DNA of 64,000 nucleotides from Mytilus trossulus (lineage: Eukaryota): NCBI RefSeq assembly GCF_036588685.1, contig NC_086381.1, positions 44,268,001-44,332,000 on the forward strand, written 5' to 3'. Position 1 is the stretch's first letter. Each line of letters starts with the position of its first letter. The notes under the pieces were generated by a model. The model had not been told where the DNA came from, did not search any database, and saw only the letters and a list, made by a program, of their open reading frames with translations. Positions 25,484 to 35,935 of the stretch are shown here, one piece after another. The translations under genes were made by a program, and so were the position numbers.

Positions 25484-28400
25484 GGACGCGAGCCTATTTT
25501 TAGGCGGCTGTCTAAAAGTGGGCATAGTGGCAAGTCTCCAAGAGTTAACTTAATTACCCCTATGGATAAAAATAAAATTTCAATAGAAGTTTATGATGTT
25601 AAAACAATAGGACTTGTTGATACAGGTGCCTCTATCTCATGTGTCTCAGAAAACTTGATAAATAAGTTAAGTAATAGTAAAATAGAACTTGAGAGAACAA
25701 ATTTTATGAATATTTATGGAGTAGGAGGTGAAGAACATAAAGTATTGGGTAAAGTTACGCTCCCACTTAAATTTCAAGGACTTGTCATTAAACATAGATT
25801 TCATGTAGTTCAAGATCTACAATATCCTGTAATTTTAGGTGATGAATTTTTATTACAAAATAAATGTAATATCCATTATCCCTCCCGTACATTGTATATA
25901 CATGAAGGGTCACTACAAGTTTCCCTCCTTAGTACAAAATCTGGAAAAGCAAGAACGGCTAAAAGATTTAAAGTACCTGCTAATAGTATGGCAAATGTTT
26001 CAGTAAAAATTTCAGATATTTTTTTGAATGATGTAGTGTTATTAGAACCACTACCTTTACTTAACAAATATGAACTGATAGGAGCCTCTTGTTTAGTAAA
26101 AGTTTCTAAATCGGGTTCAAAATTTCAAATTATTAACCCTACTGATATGGCAGTCACAATACCTAAATTTAGCATAATAGCAAATGTGATGCCAGTGGTT
26201 GAAGATAGTATTCAAAGCTTGTCTGATGATAAAAGTGAAAAACAAAAAAACGAATGTGTAGCAAATATAAATAGTTCAAAAGTGAAAAAGGAAAAAAGTA
26301 AAAGATCTAAAAGTAAAATAGATTTTGACCTTGACTCATCAGATATGACAAATGATCAGAAACAAAAATTTTTGAAATTTTTAAATGTAAATAGAGATGT
26401 GTTTGCAGCTGACTTGTCTGAACTGGGGAAATGTAATATAGGGGAACATAAAATTGAAACTACTGACAACATTCCTATTAGAGTACCCCCATACAGAGCA
26501 ACGCCCAAGGTTAAAGCTGAAATAGAAAAGCAAATCGACAAAATGTTAGATAACAAAATTATTGAACCGTCCACTTCCCCGTACAACAGCCCAGTTGTGC
26601 TTTGTCAGAAAAAGGATAAGTCCTTTAGATTTTGTATAGACTATCGCAAGCTAAATGCTAAGACAACTGTAGAATGCTGGCCTTTAGCAAGCTTAAATGA
26701 CGTTTTCGACGCTATTGGGGAAGCAAAAGCCACTATATTTACTAGTCTCGATCTTTGTCAGGGATATTGGCAAGTCCCACTACACAAAGACTCACGGGAA
26801 AAAGCTGCTTTTGTAACTCATTCAGGAATATATGAATGGACAAGAATGCCATTTGGTCTGAGAAACAGCAGTATTACTTTTTCAAGAGTTATAAGTCAAG
26901 TACTACAAGGTTTAAACTGGAAAAATGTATTGGCTTACATAGATGATATTTTGGTATTTAGTAAAAATTTAGAAGATCACATGCATCATTTAGATCAAGT
27001 TTTCGACCGACTTAAAAAGGCTAACCTCAAACTAAAACCAAGCAAATGTCACTTTGGAGTTAAACAAGTAAACTACTTAGGTCATATTTTGACAAAAGAA
27101 GGTGTTACAACAGATCCTGAAAAGATACATATTGTCAAAAATCACCCAGCTCCTAAAAACCAACATGAGGTACGACAATTTCTAGGCTTATGTAACTATT
27201 ACAGAAAATTTGTGGAAGGCTATGCAAAAATAACAATTCCATTAAATTCCCTACTACAAAAGGAAAGTGAATTCAAATGGACAGACAAATGCCAAGAATC
27301 ATTTGAATTATTAAAATCAAAGTTAATATCTGCACCAATTTTGGCATTCCCAGACATGTCAAAACCTTTTATTCTAACCACAGATGCATCAGGTCAAGCG
27401 ATAGGGTATATACTTGGTCAAAAAGATGACCAAAATAGGGAAAGAGTAATATCTTTTGGTGGTCGGGCCCTGAAAAAGGAAGAAAAGAAATGGACTGTTA
27501 GTGAAAAAGAATGTTTGGCTGTGTTAGAAGGAATTAAACACAATAGGGTCTATTTATCCCATGACAAATTCACTGTTTTCACTGACCACAAAGCTTTATT
27601 ATGGTTAAATAAGGTTAAAGATACAAATGCAAAATTAGGAAGATGGGCACTAGAGTTGCAGAATTTTACTTTTGATATAATCTTCAAAGAAGGTAAAAAT
27701 AACAAAAATGCAGATGCAATCTCAAGAATACCCTACCCACCCACCCCTGAAAAGGTAGATAGTAATCAAGTCGAGGTACTAGGCTTAGAAACAAAGGAAC
27801 CAGAAGATGTAGGTATGTTAACAGAAATTACATTTGAATATGAAATTCAAAAACCATGTATTGCTGCCATAAATGATGAAAATGACAATGAGGTAAGATT
27901 AAATGATATGTCGGAAATAGCAAAGCTACAAAGACAATGTACAGAATTGTCAGACTTAGTAACCTTTCTAGAAAGTGGTATATTACCTCAAAATGATAAA
28001 AAGGCAAAAAGTATAATATACGAAAAAGACCTGTACAGGTTCGGCACAGAAGGTGAGTTAATACATCAATACCTACCTAGAACGAAAGGAGTACCTAGAT
28101 CAGAAGTAATGATTGAACAAATTGTACTTCCAAAATGCATGAGACAAGAAGCTTTAGAAGCATACCATGATTGTAGAGCTGGTGGAGGTCATAAAGGTTT
28201 TCGTAGAACATATGCAGCTTTACAACAAAAATACTACTGGTCTGGTATGTATCAAAATGTGTACAACTATGTCATTTCTTGTGATGCATGTCAGAGAGCA
28301 AAAAGACCAACAAATAAACGACCAGCACCATTGATGCCTCTGCCAGTCGCAGAAACATTTGAAAGATGGCACATGGATATCTTATCAGGGTTTCCAACAA

Positions 28401-29608
28401 GTAAAGATAAGTATCAACATGTATTACTAGTGGTTGACAGTTTCTCACGATGGGCTGAAGCATTTCCGCTGAGAACACAAGAAGCTAAGGAAATTGCTCA
28501 TATTTTGTACAAAGAGGTATTTACTAGATTTGGAAGTCCTAAAACTTTGGTGTCTGATAGAGGTCAAAATTTCTGCTCAAAGCTAATACAAGCTTTATGT
28601 GAACTTTTCCATGTTACACGTCACACAACAAGTTCATATCACCCACAATCAAATACAACATGTGAAAGGATGAATAGTACAATAGCTCAGACCTTGCGTA
28701 CATATTGTACTAAAGACCAAATAAATTGGCCAGAGCTAATTCCAAGTGTTATGATGGCTTTACGGATGTCACCAAACACAGAGTCAACAGGATACTCCCC
28801 ATTTCATATGGTTTTTGGTAAGGAAATGAACATACCATTTGATATCTCAGTTAAACCGAAAGAAAACATAGGTAGGTCAGTGAAAGAACATATTAATGAT
28901 CTTATAGAACACTTAAAAGCAGTCCAAACAATTGCCAAGAATAATGTAAGTAAAAGTCAGGAGAAAACTAAGACATACTATGACAAAAAGGCAGCAAAAC
29001 CAAAATTTCAAGTAGGTGACAGAGTTTTGATGCAATGCATGAAAGTACCTAAAGGGTCAGCGCCTAAACTCCATGAAAAATGGGTAGGTCCTTTTTATAT
29101 TAACCATGCCAATGAAAACACTTATAAGTTAAGAAGGTTAAGTGATCATAAATTGATAAAGTCAAGAATCCATGCAAATAGAATAAAAATATATGTGGAT
29201 CCTAGGGACCATAGGCAACCCCAAGTAGATAGACAAGTAGACGAACAACAGACTGACAATACACATGACGGACAACAAAATAATGAAGAAAATATTCAAG
29301 AAAATGATAACAATGATGTTCAAGAAAATGATAATGATAATGTTCAAGAAAATGATAATCAGAATGAGAATGATGAATTAAATGATGATAATCAATTTGA
29401 AGCTGAAAAGCTAGTAGCAAAGAAAAGACAAAATGGGCAAAATTTTTACAGGGTCAAATGGGTTGGATATAAAAAAACAACCTGGATACCTGAAAAAGAC
29501 ATTGGTGAAGGTTTGTTGGTTGACTTTCACAATAAACATACCAAAGATGGAAAAATAAGAAAAAGAAAACATATGACATGTTTTCAAAATCAAAAACATA
29601 AAGATTAA
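25484..29608 (+). CDS. pol: Pol: protease, reverse transcriptase, RNase H, integrase, C-terminal chromodomain (first ATG 25562; frame open from the gag stop)
   Basis: LVDTGAS (PR), RMPFGL and YIDD (RT), TTDASG and FTDHKAL (RH), H..H..CDAC, WHMD / VSDRG / CERMN (IN), WVGPF, then FEAEKLV...YRVKWVGY...TWIPEKDI (chromo). Confidence 0.98.
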   Translation, partial: GREPIFRRLSKSGHSGKSPRVNLITPMDKNKISIEVYDVKTIGLVDTGASISCVSENLINKLSNSKIELERTNFMNIYGVGGEEHKVLGKVTLPLKFQGLVIKHRFHVVQDLQYPVILGDEFLLQNKCNIHYPSRTLYIHEGSLQVSLLSTKSGKARTAKRFKVPANSMANVSVKISDIFLNDVVLLEPLPLLNKYELIGASCLVKVSKSGSKFQIINPTDMAVTIPKFSIIANVMPVVEDSIQSLSDDKSEKQKNECVANINSSKVKKEKSKRSKSKIDFDLDSSDMTNDQKQKFLKFLNVNRDVFAADLSELGKCNIGEHKIETTDNIPIRVPPYRATPKVKAEIEKQIDKMLDNKIIEPSTSPYNSPVVLCQKKDKSFRFCIDYRKLNAKTTVECWPLASLNDVFDAIGEAKATIFTSLDLCQGYWQVPLHKDSREKAAFVTHSGIYEWTRMPFGLRNSSITFSRVISQVLQGLNWKNVLAYIDDILVFSKNLEDHMHHLDQVFDRLKKANLKLKPSKCHFGVKQVNYLGHILTKEGVTTDPEKIHIVKNHPAPKNQHEVRQFLGLCNYYRKFVEGYAKITIPLNSLLQKESEFKWTDKCQESFELLKSKLISAPILAFPDMSKPFILTTDASGQAIGYILGQKDDQNRERVISFGGRALKKEEKKWTVSEKECLAVLEGIKHNRVYLSHDKFTVFTDHKALLWLNKVKDTNAKLGRWALELQNFTFDIIFKEGKNNKNADAISRIPYPPTPEKVDSNQVEVLGLETKEPEDVGMLTEITFEYEIQKPCIAAINDENDNEVRLNDMSEIAKLQRQCTELSDLVTFLESGILPQNDKKAKSIIYEKDLYRFGTEGELIHQYLPRTKGVPRSEVMIEQIVLPKCMRQEALEAYHDCRAGGGHKGFRRTYAALQQKYYWSGMYQNVYNYVISCDACQRAKRPTNKRPAPLMPLPVAETFERWHMDILSGFPTSKDKYQHVLLVVDSFSRWAEAFPLRTQEAKEIAHILYKEVFTRFGSPKTLVSDRGQNFCSKLIQALCELFHVTRHTTSSYHPQSNTTCERMNSTIAQTLRTYCTKDQINWPELIPSVMMALRMSPNTESTGYSPFHMVFGKEMNIPFDISVKPKENIGRSVKEHINDLIEHLKAVQTIAKNNVSKSQEKTKTYYDKKAAKPKFQVGDRVLMQCMKVPKGSAPKLHEKWVGPFYINHANENTYKLRRLSDHKLIKSRIHANRIKIYVDPRDHRQPQVDRQVDEQQTDNTHDGQQNNEENIQENDNNDVQENDNDNVQENDNQNENDELNDDNQFEAEKLVAKKRQNGQNFYRVKWVGYKKTTWIPEKDIGEGLLVDFHNKHTKDGKIRKRKHMTCFQNQKHKD

Positions 29609-30042
29609 ATGAGAAAAATATAGAATAAAAATCAAATATTAAGCTTTAGCTATAAAAATTAGGAGGAAATAAAAATTAATCCTATATAGTCAAGCGAAAT
29701 GAAATTTGATAAGGAGAAATGGAAAAACTATTAAAGGAAAATAAGAAAATCTTACCCCAAAACTATGCGCATAGTAAAATATTGAGGGAAATAATGTGAA
29801 ATAATAATAAAAAAAAAAAGTATGATTTGTAGAGTGACCAAATACATGATAAATTTCATTACGGCAAACAAAACTAAAATTATCAAAACTAAAACAATAT
29901 TTGAACTTTCTTTGTTAGAATCATGAGAATAAATCAATTTAGGTAAAACTAAAAAGATAAATTAGTGCTTATACATAAGAAAAACGTACGATTTCTAATG
30001 TGTATATCTTGGATCTAACAGACAAAAATTCTCTCGTTGTAG

Positions 30043-32445
30043 ATAAAAAGACAGGTGTCTGCTTTGATCAGCCCAATTGCCATTTTGTTTTGGATATTCA
30101 TCATGTTAACAGCTTTCATTCAGTTAAGTGAAGCAAAGTCTACTCATAAACAAATTCTTAAACTTAATTATGGCATTATATTTGAAAAACAAGGTAGAAT
30201 TCATTTTGGAAAAGATGTCTGGAAACATACCTTTCAAATTAAAATGCCAATAAAGAGAGGAAGTGTAGAAATTCAGCAATGTAAACAAAAGCAAATATGC
30301 AAAAGATACAATGAAATGATTGTACAACTAGATTTGTTGCAAAAGCAAAATGTGGTTAATTTAAATGAAACCGTAAATGTGATAAAAGAATTAATACCAA
30401 CCAACAAACCAACACTAGTCAAAGGTAGAAGAAAATCTAAAAGAGCAATCTTATCTTTCGTGGGGCAATTATCAAAAACTCTATTCAATACAGCAACTAT
30501 GGATGATGTAAACCTATTAGCAAGGCACATAAATGCCCTAACTACTAGAACATTAAAGTTAACAAATACAATGGCTCAACATGATCAGCATGAATCTTCA
30601 TATATGGCTTCTGTGGATAAAAGAATTTCAAACCTAGTTACGCAAATATCAGACAATCATAATGAAATTAATATGATGCAAAAATCTGTATTAGACAATG
30701 TCAGAGAAGCAGAAAATTTATTTCTGCATCTTCAAGCAAAGATAATAGAATCATTTTCTTTATCTTCAAAAATTAATCAGCAACTGGAACAATTGAAATT
30801 GGGAATTTTTGATTTAGTACAGGGAAAATTGTCTCCCTTACTAATAAAACCTTCAACTATAACCAGCACACTAAACAGGATACAACAGGTATTAAACACA
30901 AAATACCCAGGATTTTATATTTCGCAAACTAGTCAAAATTTTTATTATGATACCAAAAATTTTGTATTTTCAAAACATAAATCTGATATATTTGTGATGT
31001 TAAACATACCATTAGCATATAAAATGTCAAAATTTGACTTGTATAAAGTAACGTCTTTGCCATTTCCACATAATTCAACAACTCATGCTACACAATTGTT
31101 AAATACCCCTAAATATATAGCTATTACAAAAGATAAACAATATTATATAACATTGTCAGACCAAGAAGTAGAAAAATGTACCAAATATAATGATAATTTT
31201 CATTGTCAGTTTACAAAATCATTTTCAACTAGTATAAACTCATGTTTAATATCAATATATAATAACCAAAAAGAGAAGGTAAACCAATTGTGTGACTTCA
31301 GATTTTTACATGATGTAATAAAACCAAAAATTGTTGCATTAACACAATCATCTGTAGTAATATATAAAACCCCACAGTTAAATATGGATTGTAATGGAAA
31401 ACAAATAATAAAACAAGGTTGTGATTTTTGTATAATTCAAATCCCATGCAGATGTTCTATTTTAACTAAAAACTTATATATTCCACCATCATTTACAAAT
31501 TGTAAAAGATCAAATAATATAACTACTATATATCCAATAAATCTTGCTTTATTACAACAATTTTTTGATGCTAAACAATTAAAAGATATTCAACCTAATT
31601 CTACATTTAGTACATTACCAAATATTGCAATTCCAAACTTTAAAATGTATAATCATTCTTTTTCAACATTTTTGTCAAATGATAGAAGAAATCATTTAAG
31701 CCTTACAAAGATGGCTGAAGCTACAAAGAAAGAAGGCATGGTTTTCCATAATTTGGCAGAGCCACTGCTAGAAGGAATCATAAATGTTAAAGATAGTTGG
31801 CCTGATTTAAATGGTATTTTAGGCATGATAGGAACAGTACTAGCATCCATATCATTTATTTTTGCTATATGGGCATTCTTTAAAATAAAAAACCTAACAA
31901 CAGCAATAATAATACTTCAAGGATCTTGCCATGTAAAAGCTATGACAGCACCATCATTTATTTATAAAAACATTCAAACAACAACATCAAACCCAATTTC
32001 ATCAAATTTTTTTAATGAACTAAAATTTAATCATATTTTGGTGGCCATAATTGGTATTTTGATTGTCATTGTGGTTTTTCTTGTATTATACAAAAAGAAA
32101 AAAAGTTCTCAACACACATTTATATCATTAGAGATAACCACAGGTTCAAACTGCTTAACTCTTCCCCTTTGCAAGCTACCACTATGTCCATCATATTGGA
32201 CTTTTTCAATGCCACCAGAAGTTGAAAGTCTCAGTGTTTCTGGAATTTTTAGACCTAGTTTACATATTAATTGGGAAGATTTTATCATAACAAATACTTT
32301 GACACAAAAATCTATAGTAGGTCCTAAAAGTATTAAAATTTCTTTCTGGGAAGCTTTACGCTTAAAACAAATTTTAAAACAACCATTTTTTGTTTATATT
32401 TTATTAAAACACAATAATATGTACAAAATCATAAACGAGCCTTGA
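30043..32445 (+). CDS. env: Env-like class I fusion glycoprotein (baculovirus-F/errantivirus type), probably expressed by splicing
   Basis: N-terminal hydrophobic signal, furin site RRKSKR (30427-30444) followed by the fusion-peptide-like AILSFVGQLSKTLFNTATMDD, heptad region, Cys-rich region and two C-terminal hydrophobic segments. The frame opens right after ctaac...ttctctcgttgtag at 30042. Confidence 0.9.
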   Translation: MKRQVSALISPIAILFWIFIMLTAFIQLSEAKSTHKQILKLNYGIIFEKQGRIHFGKDVWKHTFQIKMPIKRGSVEIQQCKQKQICKRYNEMIVQLDLLQKQNVVNLNETVNVIKELIPTNKPTLVKGRRKSKRAILSFVGQLSKTLFNTATMDDVNLLARHINALTTRTLKLTNTMAQHDQHESSYMASVDKRISNLVTQISDNHNEINMMQKSVLDNVREAENLFLHLQAKIIESFSLSSKINQQLEQLKLGIFDLVQGKLSPLLIKPSTITSTLNRIQQVLNTKYPGFYISQTSQNFYYDTKNFVFSKHKSDIFVMLNIPLAYKMSKFDLYKVTSLPFPHNSTTHATQLLNTPKYIAITKDKQYYITLSDQEVEKCTKYNDNFHCQFTKSFSTSINSCLISIYNNQKEKVNQLCDFRFLHDVIKPKIVALTQSSVVIYKTPQLNMDCNGKQIIKQGCDFCIIQIPCRCSILTKNLYIPPSFTNCKRSNNITTIYPINLALLQQFFDAKQLKDIQPNSTFSTLPNIAIPNFKMYNHSFSTFLSNDRRNHLSLTKMAEATKKEGMVFHNLAEPLLEGIINVKDSWPDLNGILGMIGTVLASISFIFAIWAFFKIKNLTTAIIILQGSCHVKAMTAPSFIYKNIQTTTSNPISSNFFNELKFNHILVAIIGILIVIVVFLVLYKKKKSSQHTFISLEITTGSNCLTLPLCKLPLCPSYWTFSMPPEVESLSVSGIFRPSLHINWEDFIITNTLTQKSIVGPKSIKISFWEALRLKQILKQPFFVYILLKHNNMYKIINEP

Positions 32446-32932
32446 GTTTTGTTGACAATTGCCTGAACATGAATATTTTCTATCTTGTCATCATATAAAT
32501 AATATATAGTAAGGTTAGGATTGTGAAAAATGGCACCGGATTATAAATGACATTAACATTAGTGGAAATGAGAAAAACGGAGGAATTCGAAGAAATGAAA
32601 TATATGTGAATATTGAAGAATACTAAAGCAACTACAAGATGTCATGTGTTATACGTTCAACATAGAAGGATAGGATTCAATAACATCATTATTTCGTGTG
32701 GAGAAACCAACTGTGTAGATATAATTCATGGATATTGTTACAAGAAATAACCGAATATAATGTATTTTTCCGTATATTGCGCGACCTTGTTACCTTTATA
32801 CAAAAATTATCTCGTATTCTGTTTTTACTTATTAACAAAAATGTAAATGTGTTTTATTTGTGAAAATGTATGATCATATATATGTTACATTATGTTTGAA
32901 TATTAATCATATGTTGTATTATTTTGTTATAG

Positions 32933-33595
32933 ATATTTAACCATAGTTACTTCTTTTCATCCAGTAGAGGACGTGGAATCAAACAACATATTAAATGCAA
33001 AGATTTTTTTGTTAAACCAGGTGCCAAACTTTTTGATCTTTGTGAAATAGCATTTCAAAAATTGAAAAATATAAAAGAAAAGAAATTAGTTTACATTATG
33101 GCAGGAATTCCTGACATGTGTGTTAAAGACAAAGACTACAAGAAAACATATGAAGAAGTATATTTTGACAAAAAAAGTGACAAAGTCATTGAAATTAAAC
33201 ATGCCTTAGAATTTATTACAGAAAGGTTAAGTAAAATAAATTGCTATATCATTTATGTTCCAATTACAACAATGAATATTGAAAAATGGAACTACCATAG
33301 ACTTTATATAAATAAAACAAAATTCCTTCTTCATACAGAAAACTATATGAAAATGCAAGACAACTTAAATTGGGCTGTTCATCAGATAAATATATATATT
33401 ATAAGCCACAATAAAACATCTGAATTGGCAACTCCATTAATACAAGCATATGTACACAAATCTACTGGATCAAAGAAAAGATATGCATATGCAAAACTGG
33501 TGGATGGTGTTCATCCATCAGAACAATTGATTCAATCATGGGTAAAACAAATAAAAAAAACCATGAGTGAAAATGAATCCAGGTTACAAATGTAG
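32933..33595 (+). CDS. ORF4: SGNH/GDSL hydrolase-fold protein (~220 aa) inside the retroelement
   Basis: The frame is open from 32933, upstream of the track's 33062 start: IFNHSYFFSSSRGRG (block I), FVKPGAKL (II), VYIMAGIPD (III), LVDGVHPS (V). It begins directly after the acceptor-like attttgttatag. Confidence 0.8.
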   Translation: MFNHSYFFSSSRGRGIKQHIKCKDFFVKPGAKLFDLCEIAFQKLKNIKEKKLVYIMAGIPDMCVKDKDYKKTYEEVYFDKKSDKVIEIKHALEFITERLSKINCYIIYVPITTMNIEKWNYHRLYINKTKFLLHTENYMKMQDNLNWAVHQINIYIISHNKTSELATPLIQAYVHKSTGSKKRYAYAKLVDGVHPSEQLIQSWVKQIKKTMSENESRLQM

Positions 33596-33744
33596 AATAG
33601 ATGAAAATTGATGTGCATGTATATATGTTATTGGTGTAATTTTTTTTATATATAGAAACAGTAACAATGAGTAATTTTATGTTATTTTATTTAGCATACA
33701 GTTAACTTTGAGGGACCAAAGTTTTTTTTGTCCGACAGGGTATT

Positions 33745-35353
33745 TGTGACGTAGAAAATATTCGTTCAAAATAGAATAGAAGAATATTTAATAAATGAAA
33801 GTATATTCAATAGATAGAACAAAGACTTGTTAAATTTACAATTAAATAAAGAGGTTCATATTTTAAGAGAAACATAATAAAATTGATTTAAAAAGTTTTA
33901 AACCAAGTTACAACGCAATGTTATGTAACAGGAAATTATAGAAAACATTATCAAAAAGATTGTGACATGTTAATCCCCCTGAAATAAATTAAGCTTTAAT
34001 AATTATGAAAAGGGGCACATTTTAGACAATAAATCATTATCAATAGGGATAGCGTCCCGCCGAAGGCAAAGCGATTATTTTATAAAAAAATAATCGTCTA
34101 TTGTATAATAGGTTTTAGGGAGGAGTAACTCAAATTAATTTTAAATTGAGGAATAAATTATCTTGTGATTGGACAAACAAATTTAGGTTGATCTTTGAGT
34201 GACCACGTGGAAAAAAGGTTTTAAGGGATAAATTTTGATAATAAACTTCACTTGGTCACTTGATAGCAAGAATAAAGATATAGCCTGAATTTGTGTCCAT
34301 TATATTTAAGGTATGTAAAGTATAAGTGTTAACAATTAATTAAGAATAATAATTTAACTCTTAATGGATTTATTTTGTTAAATCAAATTAAAGTAAAAGA
34401 ACCTTTTCAGTTACGATAAGTATATTTATATAATTTGTAAAGTTTATAGGTTTGTTGAATATTAGGTAATTCAATCAAGAATTTAAGCATATAATAAGTT
34501 CCGTAAAGATTACATGTTTGCAGCTATTGGTTTTATTTTATAATATTAAAGGGACATAATTTGATATTGTTTAGAACGATACTCGTTTGAAGAAAACAAT
34601 TTTAGAAATAATAAGAACCAAAGGAATATTTAAAATGATATTTATAGATAAGTTCAACTCTAAGATAGTCAGGAAACTGAACAATAAGCAGTAAGTCTTG
34701 GGAAGGCGAAAATAATTAGGTTTGATCAACAAGAGAAAATGTTTATATCAACGGGATACTAGGACTGTAAAATAATGTTTATTACTTAAGAATGCAAAGA
34801 TATAAGTAAATATATATTGCTCGAAAGTCCTTAATTAATTATGTCTTTCAATTCGGATCATGCATTTTATAATATAAGTTATTTATTTTTATAAGAAATA
34901 AAATATACTGCCAGTTCAATTTGAGCTTGAAATGTGAAGATTATATATGAGATTGAGATATACAATTTTACAATGTTCATTGTTAAAGGTTTATAATAAA
35001 GTATTTAGTTTGACAAATAGTCAGGGACTATCCAAATTGAGTGTTAACTCTAATTTCATATATATATTTAAGAATGTAAAGATGAGAGTTAGTTCCCTTG
35101 TTAAAAGATGATTTTGGAATATGCAGAATTTATATTTAAGGTTCTTTATATGCATGTATGTTTCTTTTATTTTTGATATCGTTAATTCATAATGTATGTA
35201 CAATTGTAATTAAATGTTCATGATGTTCACTTGGTCACTTGATAGCAAGAATAAAGATATAGCCTGAATTTGTGTCCATTATATTTAAGGTCCAGCGGCA
35301 AAAAGTTATCAAGTATAGCACGATACAAAACACCCCCAAGTATCGACACAACA
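33745..35353 (+). repeat. 3' LTR (1609 bp)
   Basis: Same length as the 5' LTR and no differences seen by eye; followed by TSD AAAC. Confidence 0.97.
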
Positions 35354-35564
35354 AAACTGTAAAAAAAAAAAATGTATATCGGATCTGGCCGTTCAATGAT
35401 AAAACATTTAGCCTGATATTTTCATTTTCATGATGAGTGTAGCATTCTTTTTTAGTGAAGGGAGAAAAAAGAGATAAAAAAGAAATACAGTATAGAGAAA
35501 AATGTACTTAAAATGTCAAGAATACATATTTAAGACCCTGTAAAATGGTGTTTGGAAAATACTT

Positions 35565-35935
35565 CTTTATGAAAGCCTACATACATGGAAGATATAGGAA
35601 AAGCCGGGCAAAACAAATGTGGTATACCATATATTTCAGAAAAATATACATTAAATTTCTACATACATTACATTATTTAAAAAAGATTTTTTTAATAGAA
35701 TGTCGTTTCACGTCATTAAATAGATTTTTTAATTGATACAGCAATGTTGTTTCAAAAATTATACTTTTATACATTTTATGAATGAGGCCAAGGAAGATAG
35801 TAAAAGCCGCGTAAAACGAATGTGGTATACCATATATTTTGATTAAAACAAATATACATCTTTTCTAATGCGTTACATTATTTAAAAAAAAATAGAATTT
35901 CGTTTCACATTAATATGAAAAAGATTTTTTAATTT
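35565..35935. repeat. Imperfect local ~210 bp tandem duplication
   Basis: ggaagata...aaaagccg...atgtggtataccatatattt...tacattatttaaaaa...tcgtttcac occurs at ~35590-35735 and ~35790-35935. Confidence 0.75.

Larger units (their letters stand above)
22561..35353 (+). mobile_element. Full-length env-bearing Ty3/Gypsy LTR retroelement (errantivirus-like), 12,793 bp
   Basis: Two TG...CA LTRs of 1609 bp, TSD AAAC (22557-22560 / 35354-35357), PBS, gag, pol in PR-RT-RH-IN order, env and a fourth ORF; all ORFs uninterrupted. Confidence 0.97.

Noticed and set aside
32547-32750. Possible small ORF between env and ORF4 (20 codons, TGA, then 46 codons)
   Set aside because: Short, interrupted and without motifs; it cannot be supported without homologues.
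33725-33744. Polypurine tract before the 3' LTR
   Set aside because: Only gacaggg is purine-rich, which is too weak to annotate.
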